Below the pieces are notes generated by a model. It was given only the letters and a program-made list of their open reading frames with translations. It ran no database searches and was not told where the DNA came from. This document shows positions 8,640 through 16,104 of a stretch of DNA of 19,213 bases, piece by piece; within the stretch, counting starts at the first letter, position 1; every line of letters begins with the position of its first letter. Where the stretch lies: contig JAGLRQ010000031.1 in NCBI GenBank assembly GCA_023136205.1, forward strand, positions 1-19,213, read 5' to 3'. The translations under genes and the position numbers were made by a program. The stretch is from Candidatus Auribacterota bacterium. Its GTDB lineage: Bacteria; Auribacterota; UBA6266.

Positions 8640-11249
8640 CTATTTATCTTTATTAACCAAATCTTTGAGTTCTTTCAATTTGAGAAGCGCCTGTAACGGA
8701 GTCAGATCATCAATCTTTATCTGGTCAAAATATTCTTCAACCGGATGGCGATCAGATAAGAACAGGTTCATCTGTCCGGCATCGGAAGCTTTTTGCGCGT
8801 GGCTGCCGTTTTTTGCTTTTTGTATTGTTATATTTTCTTCCGCGTTTTCTTCAAGAACAACAAGAATTTCTTTTGCTCTTTCAATTACGCTTCTCGGAAG
8901 CCCCGCAAGACGCGCGACATGAATACCATAACTTTTATCTGTGCCGCCCCGTACTATTTTTCTTACAAAATGTATCTCATCATTCCACTCTTTTACGGCA
9001 ATATTATAATTTTTTACGCCCGGAAGAAGTTCCTCGAGCTCCGTGAGTTCATGGTAATGAGTCGCGAACAAGGTTTTCGAATGAGCTTTCCGGGAACTTT
9101 GGAGAAACTCAGCGACGGCCCAGGCAATGCTTATCCCATCGAACGTACTCGTCCCGCGCCCGATTTCATCAAGGATAATAAGGCTTTTAGACGTAGCATT
9201 ATTCAGAATGTTCGCTGTTTCAATCATTTCAACCATAAATGTTGACTGCCCTTTTGCTATTTCATCAGAAGCGCCCACTCTTGTAAAAATCTTATCGGTA
9301 ACACCTATAACCGAGCTGTCGCAAGGAATATAAATACCCATCTGCGCCATAAGAACCAGTAACGCGGTTTGTCTTATGTATGTGGATTTGCCCGCCATAT
9401 TGGGCCCGGTAATTATAAGTACCTGGTCTTCTGTGCAGTTTAAGAAAACATCATTGGGAACAAATTTCTCATCTACCAAAATATTCTCAAGAACCGGGTG
9501 CCTCCCCGCTTTTATGTCAATCAAATCAAATTCGTTAACGACAGGACAGGTATAATTATTTTCAACCGCAAGCAGAGCCATGGCCGAAACCAGATCCAGC
9601 AATGCCGCGGCACAAGCCGCTTTCTTTAACCTTCCGCACTGAACAAGTATTTTATCCCGGATTTCACAGAATATCGAATACTCCAAATCTTCTATTTTCG
9701 CCTGAGCATTCAAAACTTTGGTTTCATATTCCTTAAGCTCAGGAGTAATAAACCTCTCGGAATTAACAAGAGTCTGCTTCCTTATATAATTATCGGGGGC
9801 CATATTAAGGTTTGATTTGGTAATATCAATATAATAACCAAACACTTTGTTATATTTTATCTTGAGGCTTTTTATCCCCGTTCTCTCAATTTCTTGAGCC
9901 TGCAAACGGGCAATCCAATCCTTGCCGGAAGTTGCAATCTCCCTTAATTCATCAAGCTCTTTGTTAAAACCCCCTTTGATTATTCCGCCTTCTTTCAGAG
10001 AAACAGGAGGGCTGTCGGCTATAGATTCTTCAAGCAGGCCAACGACATCATGAAAGTTTTCGATATCAGCTTTTATGGCCTGGGCATAATCCGAAGAATA
10101 ATTTTTGAGATGTTCTTTCAATCCGGGCAAAAGTTTAAGAGCATTCTTTAAAGACACAAGGTCTCTCGCGTTCGCGTAACCACAGCTTATTCTTCCAAGA
10201 GTCCTTTCCATATCTGTCATCTTTTTCAACTGTTCAGATATTTTTCTCGTAATTCCAAGATTAGAAATAAATTCGGTTATCGTGTTCTGCCTGGAAATTA
10301 TTTCATCAACTTTAACAAGCGGCTGTTTTATCCACCCGGTAAGAAGCCTTGAACCCATTGATGTCGAGGTTTTATCCAGAACGGTAACAAGCGTTGCTTC
10401 TTTTCCCCCTCTTGTGTTTTCCAGCAGTTCCAGGTTACGCTGTGTTGAAGTATCTATCATCATGTACTGGGAGGCTGTGTAAATCTTAAATGTTTTAATA
10501 TGGTTAAGGCTCTGGTTAAGCCTATCCTGAGCATAATGGACGGCAGCTCCGGCCGATGAAATCGCGGGAAACATTCCTTTTGCTCCATAACCATCCAGAG
10601 ACTTCACTTCCAGAAGCTCAAGCAGAGACGAATAGCAGGAAGAATACTCATAAAGCCAGTCATCAAGCACAACCTCCATTGATTTCAGGAATTGAGGAAA
10701 CCGGCTATATTCGGCTTCATTGCTAAGAGAATTCTGGATTAACAACTCTGAAGGTTTTAATTTTTCAAGCTCGTTTATAATATCTTCAACATAAGCAAAT
10801 TCCGTTGCCGCCAGCTCACCGGTGCTTACATCGAGGTAGGCCAACCCCCATACCCCTCCGGCCTTACTTATTGCGGCAAGATAATTATTGCTCTTTTCAT
10901 CAAGAACGGATTCATTCAACACGGTTCCCGGTGTTATAACCCTTACAACCTCACGCTTTACAATCCCTTTCACTTTGGAAGGGTCTTCCATCTGCTCACA
11001 AATCGCCACTTTGAAATTTGCTTTTACAAGGCGGGCAAGGTATGATTCCGCGGCGTGATAAGGAATGCCGCACATAGGAACATTATTTCTCGAGGTAAAA
11101 GCAAGGTTAAGCACTTTGGAAGCCGTTTTGGCATCTTCATAAAACATCTCGTAAAAATCACCCAACCGAAAAAAAAGAATAGCATCAGGATGTTCTTTTT
11201 TCATCCGCCTGTATTGCTGCATCATAGGAGTTAAATTATTTTTATCCAT
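8640..11249 (-). CDS. mutS: DNA mismatch repair protein MutS
   Basis: 869 aa. N-terminal TPMMQQY...GDFYEMF mismatch-binding motif, Walker A GPNMAGKST, Walker B ILDEIGRGTSTFDG, and FATHYHEL. Confidence 0.97.
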   Translation of the reverse strand: MDKNNLTPMMQQYRRMKKEHPDAILFFRLGDFYEMFYEDAKTASKVLNLAFTSRNNVPMCGIPYHAAESYLARLVKANFKVAICEQMEDPSKVKGIVKREVVRVITPGTVLNESVLDEKSNNYLAAISKAGGVWGLAYLDVSTGELAATEFAYVEDIINELEKLKPSELLIQNSLSNEAEYSRFPQFLKSMEVVLDDWLYEYSSCYSSLLELLEVKSLDGYGAKGMFPAISSAGAAVHYAQDRLNQSLNHIKTFKIYTASQYMMIDTSTQRNLELLENTRGGKEATLVTVLDKTSTSMGSRLLTGWIKQPLVKVDEIISRQNTITEFISNLGITRKISEQLKKMTDMERTLGRISCGYANARDLVSLKNALKLLPGLKEHLKNYSSDYAQAIKADIENFHDVVGLLEESIADSPPVSLKEGGIIKGGFNKELDELREIATSGKDWIARLQAQEIERTGIKSLKIKYNKVFGYYIDITKSNLNMAPDNYIRKQTLVNSERFITPELKEYETKVLNAQAKIEDLEYSIFCEIRDKILVQCGRLKKAACAAALLDLVSAMALLAVENNYTCPVVNEFDLIDIKAGRHPVLENILVDEKFVPNDVFLNCTEDQVLIITGPNMAGKSTYIRQTALLVLMAQMGIYIPCDSSVIGVTDKIFTRVGASDEIAKGQSTFMVEMIETANILNNATSKSLIILDEIGRGTSTFDGISIAWAVAEFLQSSRKAHSKTLFATHYHELTELEELLPGVKNYNIAVKEWNDEIHFVRKIVRGGTDKSYGIHVARLAGLPRSVIERAKEILVVLEENAEENITIQKAKNGSHAQKASDAGQMNLFLSDRHPVEEYFDQIKIDDLTPLQALLKLKELKDLVNKDK

Positions 11250-11256
11250 AATTTTT

Positions 11257-11468
11257 AAAACAGTATCTAGTCCCCTACGGGGAAGCTACGTTACACTCCG
11301 CACTATCTCGTGAATCGTATCTCGTTAAAAACATTATCTGGTATCTAGTCCCCTCCGGGGAGGCTACGCTACGCTCCGCACTATCTCGTAGAAAAAGATA
11401 GTAAAAAACAATATCTAGTAAAAAATTATTTTCTTTTTCTCTGTGTTTCCGTGTCTCTGTGGCTAATT
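11257..11468. repeat. Composite intergenic repeat, copy 2 (miaB/mutS spacer), with a tandemly duplicated core
   Basis: Two core units: 11264-11311 and 11342-11389, each TATCTAGT + 32-nt GC-rich core + TATCTCGT. Further octamers lie at 11318-11325, 11335-11342 and 11412-11419. The 42-nt pyrimidine-rich module spans 11427-11468. Orientation and module order match copy 1. Confidence 0.85.
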
Positions 11469-11476
11469 TTACTTTT

Positions 11477-12877
11477 TCACAATTTACTGTTTTCAATTTT
11501 TCCATAAAAAACATTCGGGCTTGCCCTTTCAGGAATAAAAGAAACCAGTTTCCCCTTAATATCATCACAACCTGGAAATATTGCTATTTTATTCTGTCTT
11601 GTTCTTCCGGTATACATTTTAATATTCTTTCTGCTTGGGCCCTCAACAAGAACTTCCTGTTTTTCTCCTATAAGGCAGTCATTCTTTTTCTGGCTTATTT
11701 CCCCTTGCAGAGAAAGAAGGCATTTGTTTCTCTCCAATTTTACATCAAAAGGAACATCATCTTCAAGCCTGCTCGCGGCGGTCCCTCCCCTGTGAGAATA
11801 TTTAAAAATAAAAGAACTGTCAAACCTGATTTCTTCAAACGTTTTCACAGTCCTGTTAAAATCTTCTTCTGTTTCTCCCGGAAAACCCACTATTATATCG
11901 GTGCTAATTGAAACATCCGGCACTTGGCCGCGAAGTCTATCCACAATTTTAATGTAATCGGAAAGATCATATCCCCTGTTCATAAGCTTTAGTATCTTAT
12001 CAGAACCCGACTGAAGAGGGAAATGTATGCTTTCACAAACCTTATCAAGATCCGCTATGGAGTCAATAAGCTTCTCTGATATATCTTTCGGATGTGATGT
12101 AACAAACCTGATCCTGTATATGCCTTCAATGGAATTAATCTTTTCCAGGAGCCCTGAAAAATCTATTCCCTCTTTAAGTCCCCTGCCGTATGAATTCACA
12201 TTCTGGCCCAGAAGGCAGACTTCTTTATAGCCGCTATCCGCGAGAGATTTTATTTCCGATACAATATCTTTTGAAGGCCTGCTTTTTTCAGGCCCGCGGA
12301 CATAAGGAACAATACAGTAAGAACAATAGTTTTCACAACCCCTCATCACATAAACAAATGCCTTGATATTATCCGCTCTCAAGTAACTCGAAGGCTCCTT
12401 AATTTCTCTACAGGAGGATAACGCTGATATTCTCTTTTTTCTCTCAACCGCTTCGGCAATCAATTCAGGAATCCTATCAATTTCCCTTGTACCTACGACA
12501 AAATCCAGGTGCGGATTCTTCTTTAAGATTTCTTCACCCTTATGCTGAGCAAGACAACCCGCAAGCCCTATAAGAAGATTCCCCTTTTTCTTCTTGAGCT
12601 TTTTCAACAAGCCAAGTTTACCGAGAGCCTTTTTTTCCGCTAAATCTCTTACACTGCAGGTATTAAGAAGTATTATGTCCGCCTCCTTTTCAGAAACAGT
12701 CATCTCATACCCCAACTCAGAAAGCGCCCCCGCAATCGCCTCCGAGTCGAGTTTATTCATTTGGCAACCATAAGTTTTTAAAAAAAACTTATGGTTGCCA
12801 CCCCCCCGTTTAGATTTAGAGGCCAAAGGCCGGCAAATCTGGGGGGGCATATCCTTATCATTTGTTTTTTTCTGCAT
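11477..12877 (-). CDS. miaB: tRNA-2-methylthio-N6-dimethylallyladenosine synthase MiaB (radical SAM methylthiotransferase)
   Basis: 466 aa. MTTase N-terminal FLKTYGCQMN, radical-SAM CENYCSYCIVP, and a C-terminal TRAM-like domain. The start is uncertain (ATG 12877 or ATG 12850). The roughly 30 non-conserved N-terminal residues are encoded by palindromic DNA. Overlaps the upstream GIY-YIG gene by 20 nt. Confidence 0.9.
   Translation of the reverse strand: MQKKTNDKDMPPQICRPLASKSKRGGGNHKFFLKTYGCQMNKLDSEAIAGALSELGYEMTVSEKEADIILLNTCSVRDLAEKKALGKLGLLKKLKKKKGNLLIGLAGCLAQHKGEEILKKNPHLDFVVGTREIDRIPELIAEAVERKKRISALSSCREIKEPSSYLRADNIKAFVYVMRGCENYCSYCIVPYVRGPEKSRPSKDIVSEIKSLADSGYKEVCLLGQNVNSYGRGLKEGIDFSGLLEKINSIEGIYRIRFVTSHPKDISEKLIDSIADLDKVCESIHFPLQSGSDKILKLMNRGYDLSDYIKIVDRLRGQVPDVSISTDIIVGFPGETEEDFNRTVKTFEEIRFDSSFIFKYSHRGGTAASRLEDDVPFDVKLERNKCLLSLQGEISQKKNDCLIGEKQEVLVEGPSRKNIKMYTGRTRQNKIAIFPGCDDIKGKLVSFIPERASPNVFYGKIENSKL
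12762..12847. repeat. Two abutting strong palindromes inside the miaB 5' coding region
   Basis: 12762-12800: an 18-bp perfect stem (tggcaaccataagttttt / aaaaacttatggttgcca) with a 3-nt loop. 12801-12847: C7...G7 closing stem, AGATTT/AAATCT inner stem and a GGCC-aaa-GGCC tip. Confidence 0.85.
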
Positions 12878-13157
12878 AAAGCTGTATCAGTTTTTCTTTT
12901 TCCTTCCGCGTCAACTTCTTAATCTCCAACTCTTTTTTTGCTGCCCTCTTAAAATACCTATACTCCTTAACATAAACCACTTTAAAAGGTTTTCTGCCGC
13001 GTAAGTATTTAGCACCGCGTTTACTGCCATTGTGTTCTTTGATCCTGTTTTCTAAATCACTTGTGTAACCCGTATAATACGTCCCGTCTTGACATTCAAG
13101 GATATACACAAAAAACCCGCCTTTTCTACAAATTGATTTACGAGACGCTTTTCCCAT
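12858..13157 (-). CDS. Small GIY-YIG nuclease-superfamily protein (UPF0213/YhbQ-like)
   Basis: 99 aa. FFVYILECQDGTYYTGYTSDLENRIKEHN is the GIY-(x10)-YIG style motif block, followed by a conserved R/E region and a lysine-rich tail. There is no SD before the ATG. Confidence 0.85.
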   Translation of the reverse strand: MGKASRKSICRKGGFFVYILECQDGTYYTGYTSDLENRIKEHNGSKRGAKYLRGRKPFKVVYVKEYRYFKRAAKKELEIKKLTRKEKEKLIQLYAEKNK

Positions 13158-13166
13158 AGGAGAGGC

Positions 13167-13195
13167 ATTTTAACACAAGAATTAATCAATAACAA
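13167..13195 (-). promoter_or_regulatory. Candidate promoter for the GIY-YIG gene; would give a near-leaderless mRNA
   Basis: Minus strand reads TTGTTA (13195..13190), 17 nt, TGtTAAAAT (extended -10, ending at 13167). The -10 ends 9 nt before ATG 13157, and no Shine-Dalgarno is present (cctctcctATG). Confidence 0.3.
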
Positions 13196-13225
13196 TTGGA
13201 AGATTTATATGCTATAAAAATTAGC

Positions 13226-13711
13226 TTAAAAAATATTTGTACTTTTTACTTTTCTCTTCTGGCGGGTATTGTTGATTTTTTCCTGTAAGGTTCCCATTGG
13301 GCATATCGCGCACCATCCTCGATGTTTAGTAGGTACGCCGATTACAATAGAAACAATAGTTGTTACAAGGCACATTACAACGAAAACCGTGCCGATAGCA
13401 ATAAGGTCTCCTCCGGTGTTAAGAAAACGAAGTACCAACATAACAATAAACAAGATAAGCACAAACCAACGAAACCATTGTTTAGTAAATAATTTGGGAA
13501 TTGGTTTATTTCGGCTCAATTTTGATAACACAATATCTAAAAAAGCTCCCCGGGGACAAATATGCCAACACCAATAACGCCGCTTAAAATAAGATAAAAC
13601 CAAAAGAACAGCCATCATCGCTACAACAAGATATCCCAGAAACGGCTGAAATAATCCGCCTATTACTATCAGCGGCAGAAACCACATTGTAAAAAACTGC
13701 ATTTTTTTCAT
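13226..13711 (-). CDS. Small integral membrane protein with paired Cys-x3/x2-Cys-Pro motifs (NapH/Fer4_5-like putative Fe-S membrane protein)
   Basis: 161 aa with about 4 predicted TM helices. YWCWHICPRGAF follows TM2 and GWCAICPMGTL follows TM4. The gene starts 18 nt downstream of the hcp stop on the same strand. Confidence 0.6.
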   Translation of the reverse strand: MKKMQFFTMWFLPLIVIGGLFQPFLGYLVVAMMAVLLVLSYFKRRYWCWHICPRGAFLDIVLSKLSRNKPIPKLFTKQWFRWFVLILFIVMLVLRFLNTGGDLIAIGTVFVVMCLVTTIVSIVIGVPTKHRGWCAICPMGTLQEKINNTRQKRKVKSTNIF

Positions 13712-13729
13712 TATTTTTTTTGTTATTGA

Positions 13730-15364
13730 CTATGCCCCTGCTGCCATCGCCTCAATATCATCTTTAACCTCACCAATAGGTTTGATATCAAATTTCTCAA
13801 CAAGAACTTTTGCAACATTTCTGGATAAAAATGCCGGCAATGTCGGCCCAAGCCTTATGCCCTTTACACCTAAATGCAAGAGCGCGAGCAATACGGCTAC
13901 CGCTTTTTGTTCATACCAGGCAATATCAAAAGAAATAGGAAGTTCATTAATATCATCTAATTTGAATACTTCCTTTAATTTAAGCGCGATAACCGCCAAA
14001 GAGTAACAATCATTACATTGGCCGGCATCAAGAACCCTGGGAATACCTCCGATATTACCGAGATCCAATTTATTATATCGATATTTCGCGCAGCCGGCTG
14101 TCAAAATAATTGTATCTTTTGGTAAATTTTTCGCGACTTCAGTAAAATAATTTCTTGTAGGATGCCTTCCGTCACACCCTGCCATTACAACAAATCGCTT
14201 AATAGCTCCTGATTTTATTGCTTCAACAATTTTGTCAGCTAAGGCAAGTACTTGATTATGCGCGAATCCTCCTACAATTTCACCCTTTTCAATTTCCCGC
14301 GGCGGCTGGCACGTTTTTGCCAGGGCAATAATTCCAGAGAAATTCTTCTGTTTCCCATTATCCCCATCAGGAATATGCTTAACACCCGGATAACCTGCCA
14401 TTCCTGTTGTACAAATTCTATTTTTATAAGCATCTTGAACAGGAGTAATGCAATTTGTTGTCATCAAAATCGGGCCGTTAAATGACGCGAACTCTTCATT
14501 TTGCTGCCACCAGGCATTTCCATAGTTGCCGACAAAATGTTCATATTTTTTAAAAGCAGGATAATAGTTAGCTGGAAGCATCTCGCTATGAGTATAAACG
14601 TCAACTCCTGTGCCTTGCGTCTGTTTTAAAAGCTCTTCCATATCCTTAAGGTCATGCCCTGAAATAAGAATCCCGGGATTATTTCGAACACCAAGATTAA
14701 CTTTCGTGATCTCAGGATTCCCGAAAGTTTTCGTATTTGCTTCATCCAAAAGAGCCATTGCGGTGACAGCTGTTTCTCCTGCTTTCAGTACAAGAGCAAC
14801 CATTTCATCAACGGAAAGATCTCTCGTTGCTGATGCCAGGGCCTCCATTATAAATTCATATATTTCTTCTTTCTGAAATCCTAATACGGCCGCGTGGTCT
14901 GTATAGGCGGCCAGTCCTTTTAAACCATAGATAAGTAGTTCACGAAGAGAACGTACATCTTCATTTTCAGTAGAAAGCACGCCTACTTCTTTTGCCTTAT
15001 CATAAAATCCTGCTAGATCATCAGCATACCACAAAGCGGCATCATGAAAAGATTCATTCGTGGAAACGCCGCTCTTCTCTTTAAGATCGCTGCGGATAGT
15101 TAATCCTTCTCGTATTAACGCAATAATTCGATTATCATCAAAATTAGTATTTGTAATCGTCGCGAAAAGTGCCCGGGCTGTAAATAAGCCCGCGCTGCTA
15201 TCCTTTATGCCCTTTTCTTTTGCTTTTTGAGCATAAACAGCAATTCCTTTCAAAACATAGATTAGTAAATCCTGTAAATTCGCGGTCTGCTCTTTTTTCC
15301 CGCATGCACCGGCCTTTGTACAGCCGGTGTTCTTGATTGTTTCCTGACACTGATAACAAAACAT
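13730..15364 (-). CDS. hcp: Hydroxylamine reductase / hybrid-cluster protein Hcp
   Basis: 544 aa. N-terminal [23 protein letters not shown] cysteine motif and full-length prismane/Hcp architecture. The ATG abuts the Rrf2 TAA, with GAAGGAGG 6 nt upstream. Confidence 0.95.
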   Translation of the reverse strand: MFCYQCQETIKNTGCTKAGACGKKEQTANLQDLLIYVLKGIAVYAQKAKEKGIKDSSAGLFTARALFATITNTNFDDNRIIALIREGLTIRSDLKEKSGVSTNESFHDAALWYADDLAGFYDKAKEVGVLSTENEDVRSLRELLIYGLKGLAAYTDHAAVLGFQKEEIYEFIMEALASATRDLSVDEMVALVLKAGETAVTAMALLDEANTKTFGNPEITKVNLGVRNNPGILISGHDLKDMEELLKQTQGTGVDVYTHSEMLPANYYPAFKKYEHFVGNYGNAWWQQNEEFASFNGPILMTTNCITPVQDAYKNRICTTGMAGYPGVKHIPDGDNGKQKNFSGIIALAKTCQPPREIEKGEIVGGFAHNQVLALADKIVEAIKSGAIKRFVVMAGCDGRHPTRNYFTEVAKNLPKDTIILTAGCAKYRYNKLDLGNIGGIPRVLDAGQCNDCYSLAVIALKLKEVFKLDDINELPISFDIAWYEQKAVAVLLALLHLGVKGIRLGPTLPAFLSRNVAKVLVEKFDIKPIGEVKDDIEAMAAGA

Positions 15365-15790
15365 TTACAACCTCCTTCTTTGTTTTTCTAAATCCTTTAA
15401 AAGACAGCCTATAGTAATGCCCTTAAATTCCTTGTTTACTAATTTCTCAACCCTGTTAATCTGCTTTTTTAAAACACAATTCGAACGGTTAGCGCATAGT
15501 TTCTTTCGGAACATACAGTCTGAAAGCTGAATATTCCCTTGGAAAATTGCTATGATATCGACTATTGATATTAAATTGGGATCCTTATCAATTCTAAAAC
15601 CTCCTCCACTTCCTTCTTTCGATATTACCAGTTTGTCCTTGATTAACCCTTGTAATATTTGCCTTAAAAACTGATATGGGATACGTTGTCGTTTCGCGAT
15701 CTGCCGCGCGGAAAAAAACTTATTCTTGTTTTCACAAAGCTCTGACAATGCCCTAATCGCGTAATCTGTATGTTTTGTTAATAACTTCAT
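15365..15790 (-). CDS. Rrf2-family transcriptional regulator (NsrR/IscR-like, probable Fe-S ligating)
   Basis: 141 aa. MKLLTKHTDYAIRALSEL...ARQIAKRQRIPYQFLRQILQGL is a winged HTH. Three C-terminal cysteines are spaced Cx6Cx5C (DCMFRKKLCANRSNC). The gene lies directly upstream of hcp. Confidence 0.9.
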   Translation of the reverse strand: MKLLTKHTDYAIRALSELCENKNKFFSARQIAKRQRIPYQFLRQILQGLIKDKLVISKEGSGGGFRIDKDPNLISIVDIIAIFQGNIQLSDCMFRKKLCANRSNCVLKKQINRVEKLVNKEFKGITIGCLLKDLEKQRRRL

Positions 15791-15805
15791 AGAAGCCTCA
15801 TTGGT

Positions 15806-15832
15806 TAACTGATATTATTATAGTATCAGTTA
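15806..15832. promoter_or_regulatory. Perfect inverted repeat TAACTGATA-N9-TATCAGTTA; probable Rrf2 operator
   Basis: Arms 15806-15814 and 15824-15832 are exact reverse complements. The 27-bp site straddles the -10 hexamer of the promoter above. Size and position match autoregulated Rrf2/NsrR/IscR operators. Confidence 0.55.
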
Positions 15833-15844
15833 CAAAATTGTCAA
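15817..15844 (-). promoter_or_regulatory. Consensus sigma70-type promoter of the rrf2-hcp operon
   Basis: Minus strand reads TTGACA (15844..15839), 16 nt, TATAAT (15822..15817). The -10 ends 26 nt before ATG 15790, and GAGG lies 5 nt before the ATG. Confidence 0.6.
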
Positions 15845-15993
15845 GAAGTTTTTCAGGTGGAATGGGAACATAGTGAGATACCGCAGGTTTAAAGGATAAA
15901 TGTTTGAACACGATAACTGGTGCAATATTGGTTTGGCCAACTCGCTCATATCAGCTTGGTTGGCACACATTAAGTGATGTATCCCTTTAATGC

Positions 15994-16022
15994 AAAAAAC
16001 ACATCAGAATTTATCTGATGTG
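15994..16022 (-). terminator. Rho-independent terminator after the DUF2784 gene
   Basis: Minus strand has a 9-bp stem (CACATCAGA / TCTGATGTG, 16000-16008 and 16014-16022), a 5-nt loop, then U6 (plus-strand A6 at 15994-15999). Confidence 0.55.
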
Positions 16023-16104
16023 AAAAATTTTGCCGTCAAGAAATTTAATAGGTATCTGCCCCTATTTCCTCCATTTAAATATTCTCCTTATTTTTGCCGG
16101 TGGT

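Noticed and set aside
11264-11389. Two 48-nt direct repeats separated by about 30 nt, which could be read as a mini CRISPR array
   Set aside because: There are only two units. The repeat is too long and is itself bounded by octamer sub-repeats. The 'spacer' is made of the same octamers. No cas genes or leader are present, and a third copy sits alone at 1916-1963. It is better described as a dispersed repeat family.
15900-15977. Plus-strand 25-codon sORF (MFEHDNWCNIGLANSLISAWLAHIK) with AAGGA 4 nt upstream, divergent from the rrf2 promoter
   Set aside because: I could not find a credible plus-strand promoter. The downstream hairpin's U-tract is on the other strand. At this length the ORF is indistinguishable from chance without conservation or ribosome-profiling data.
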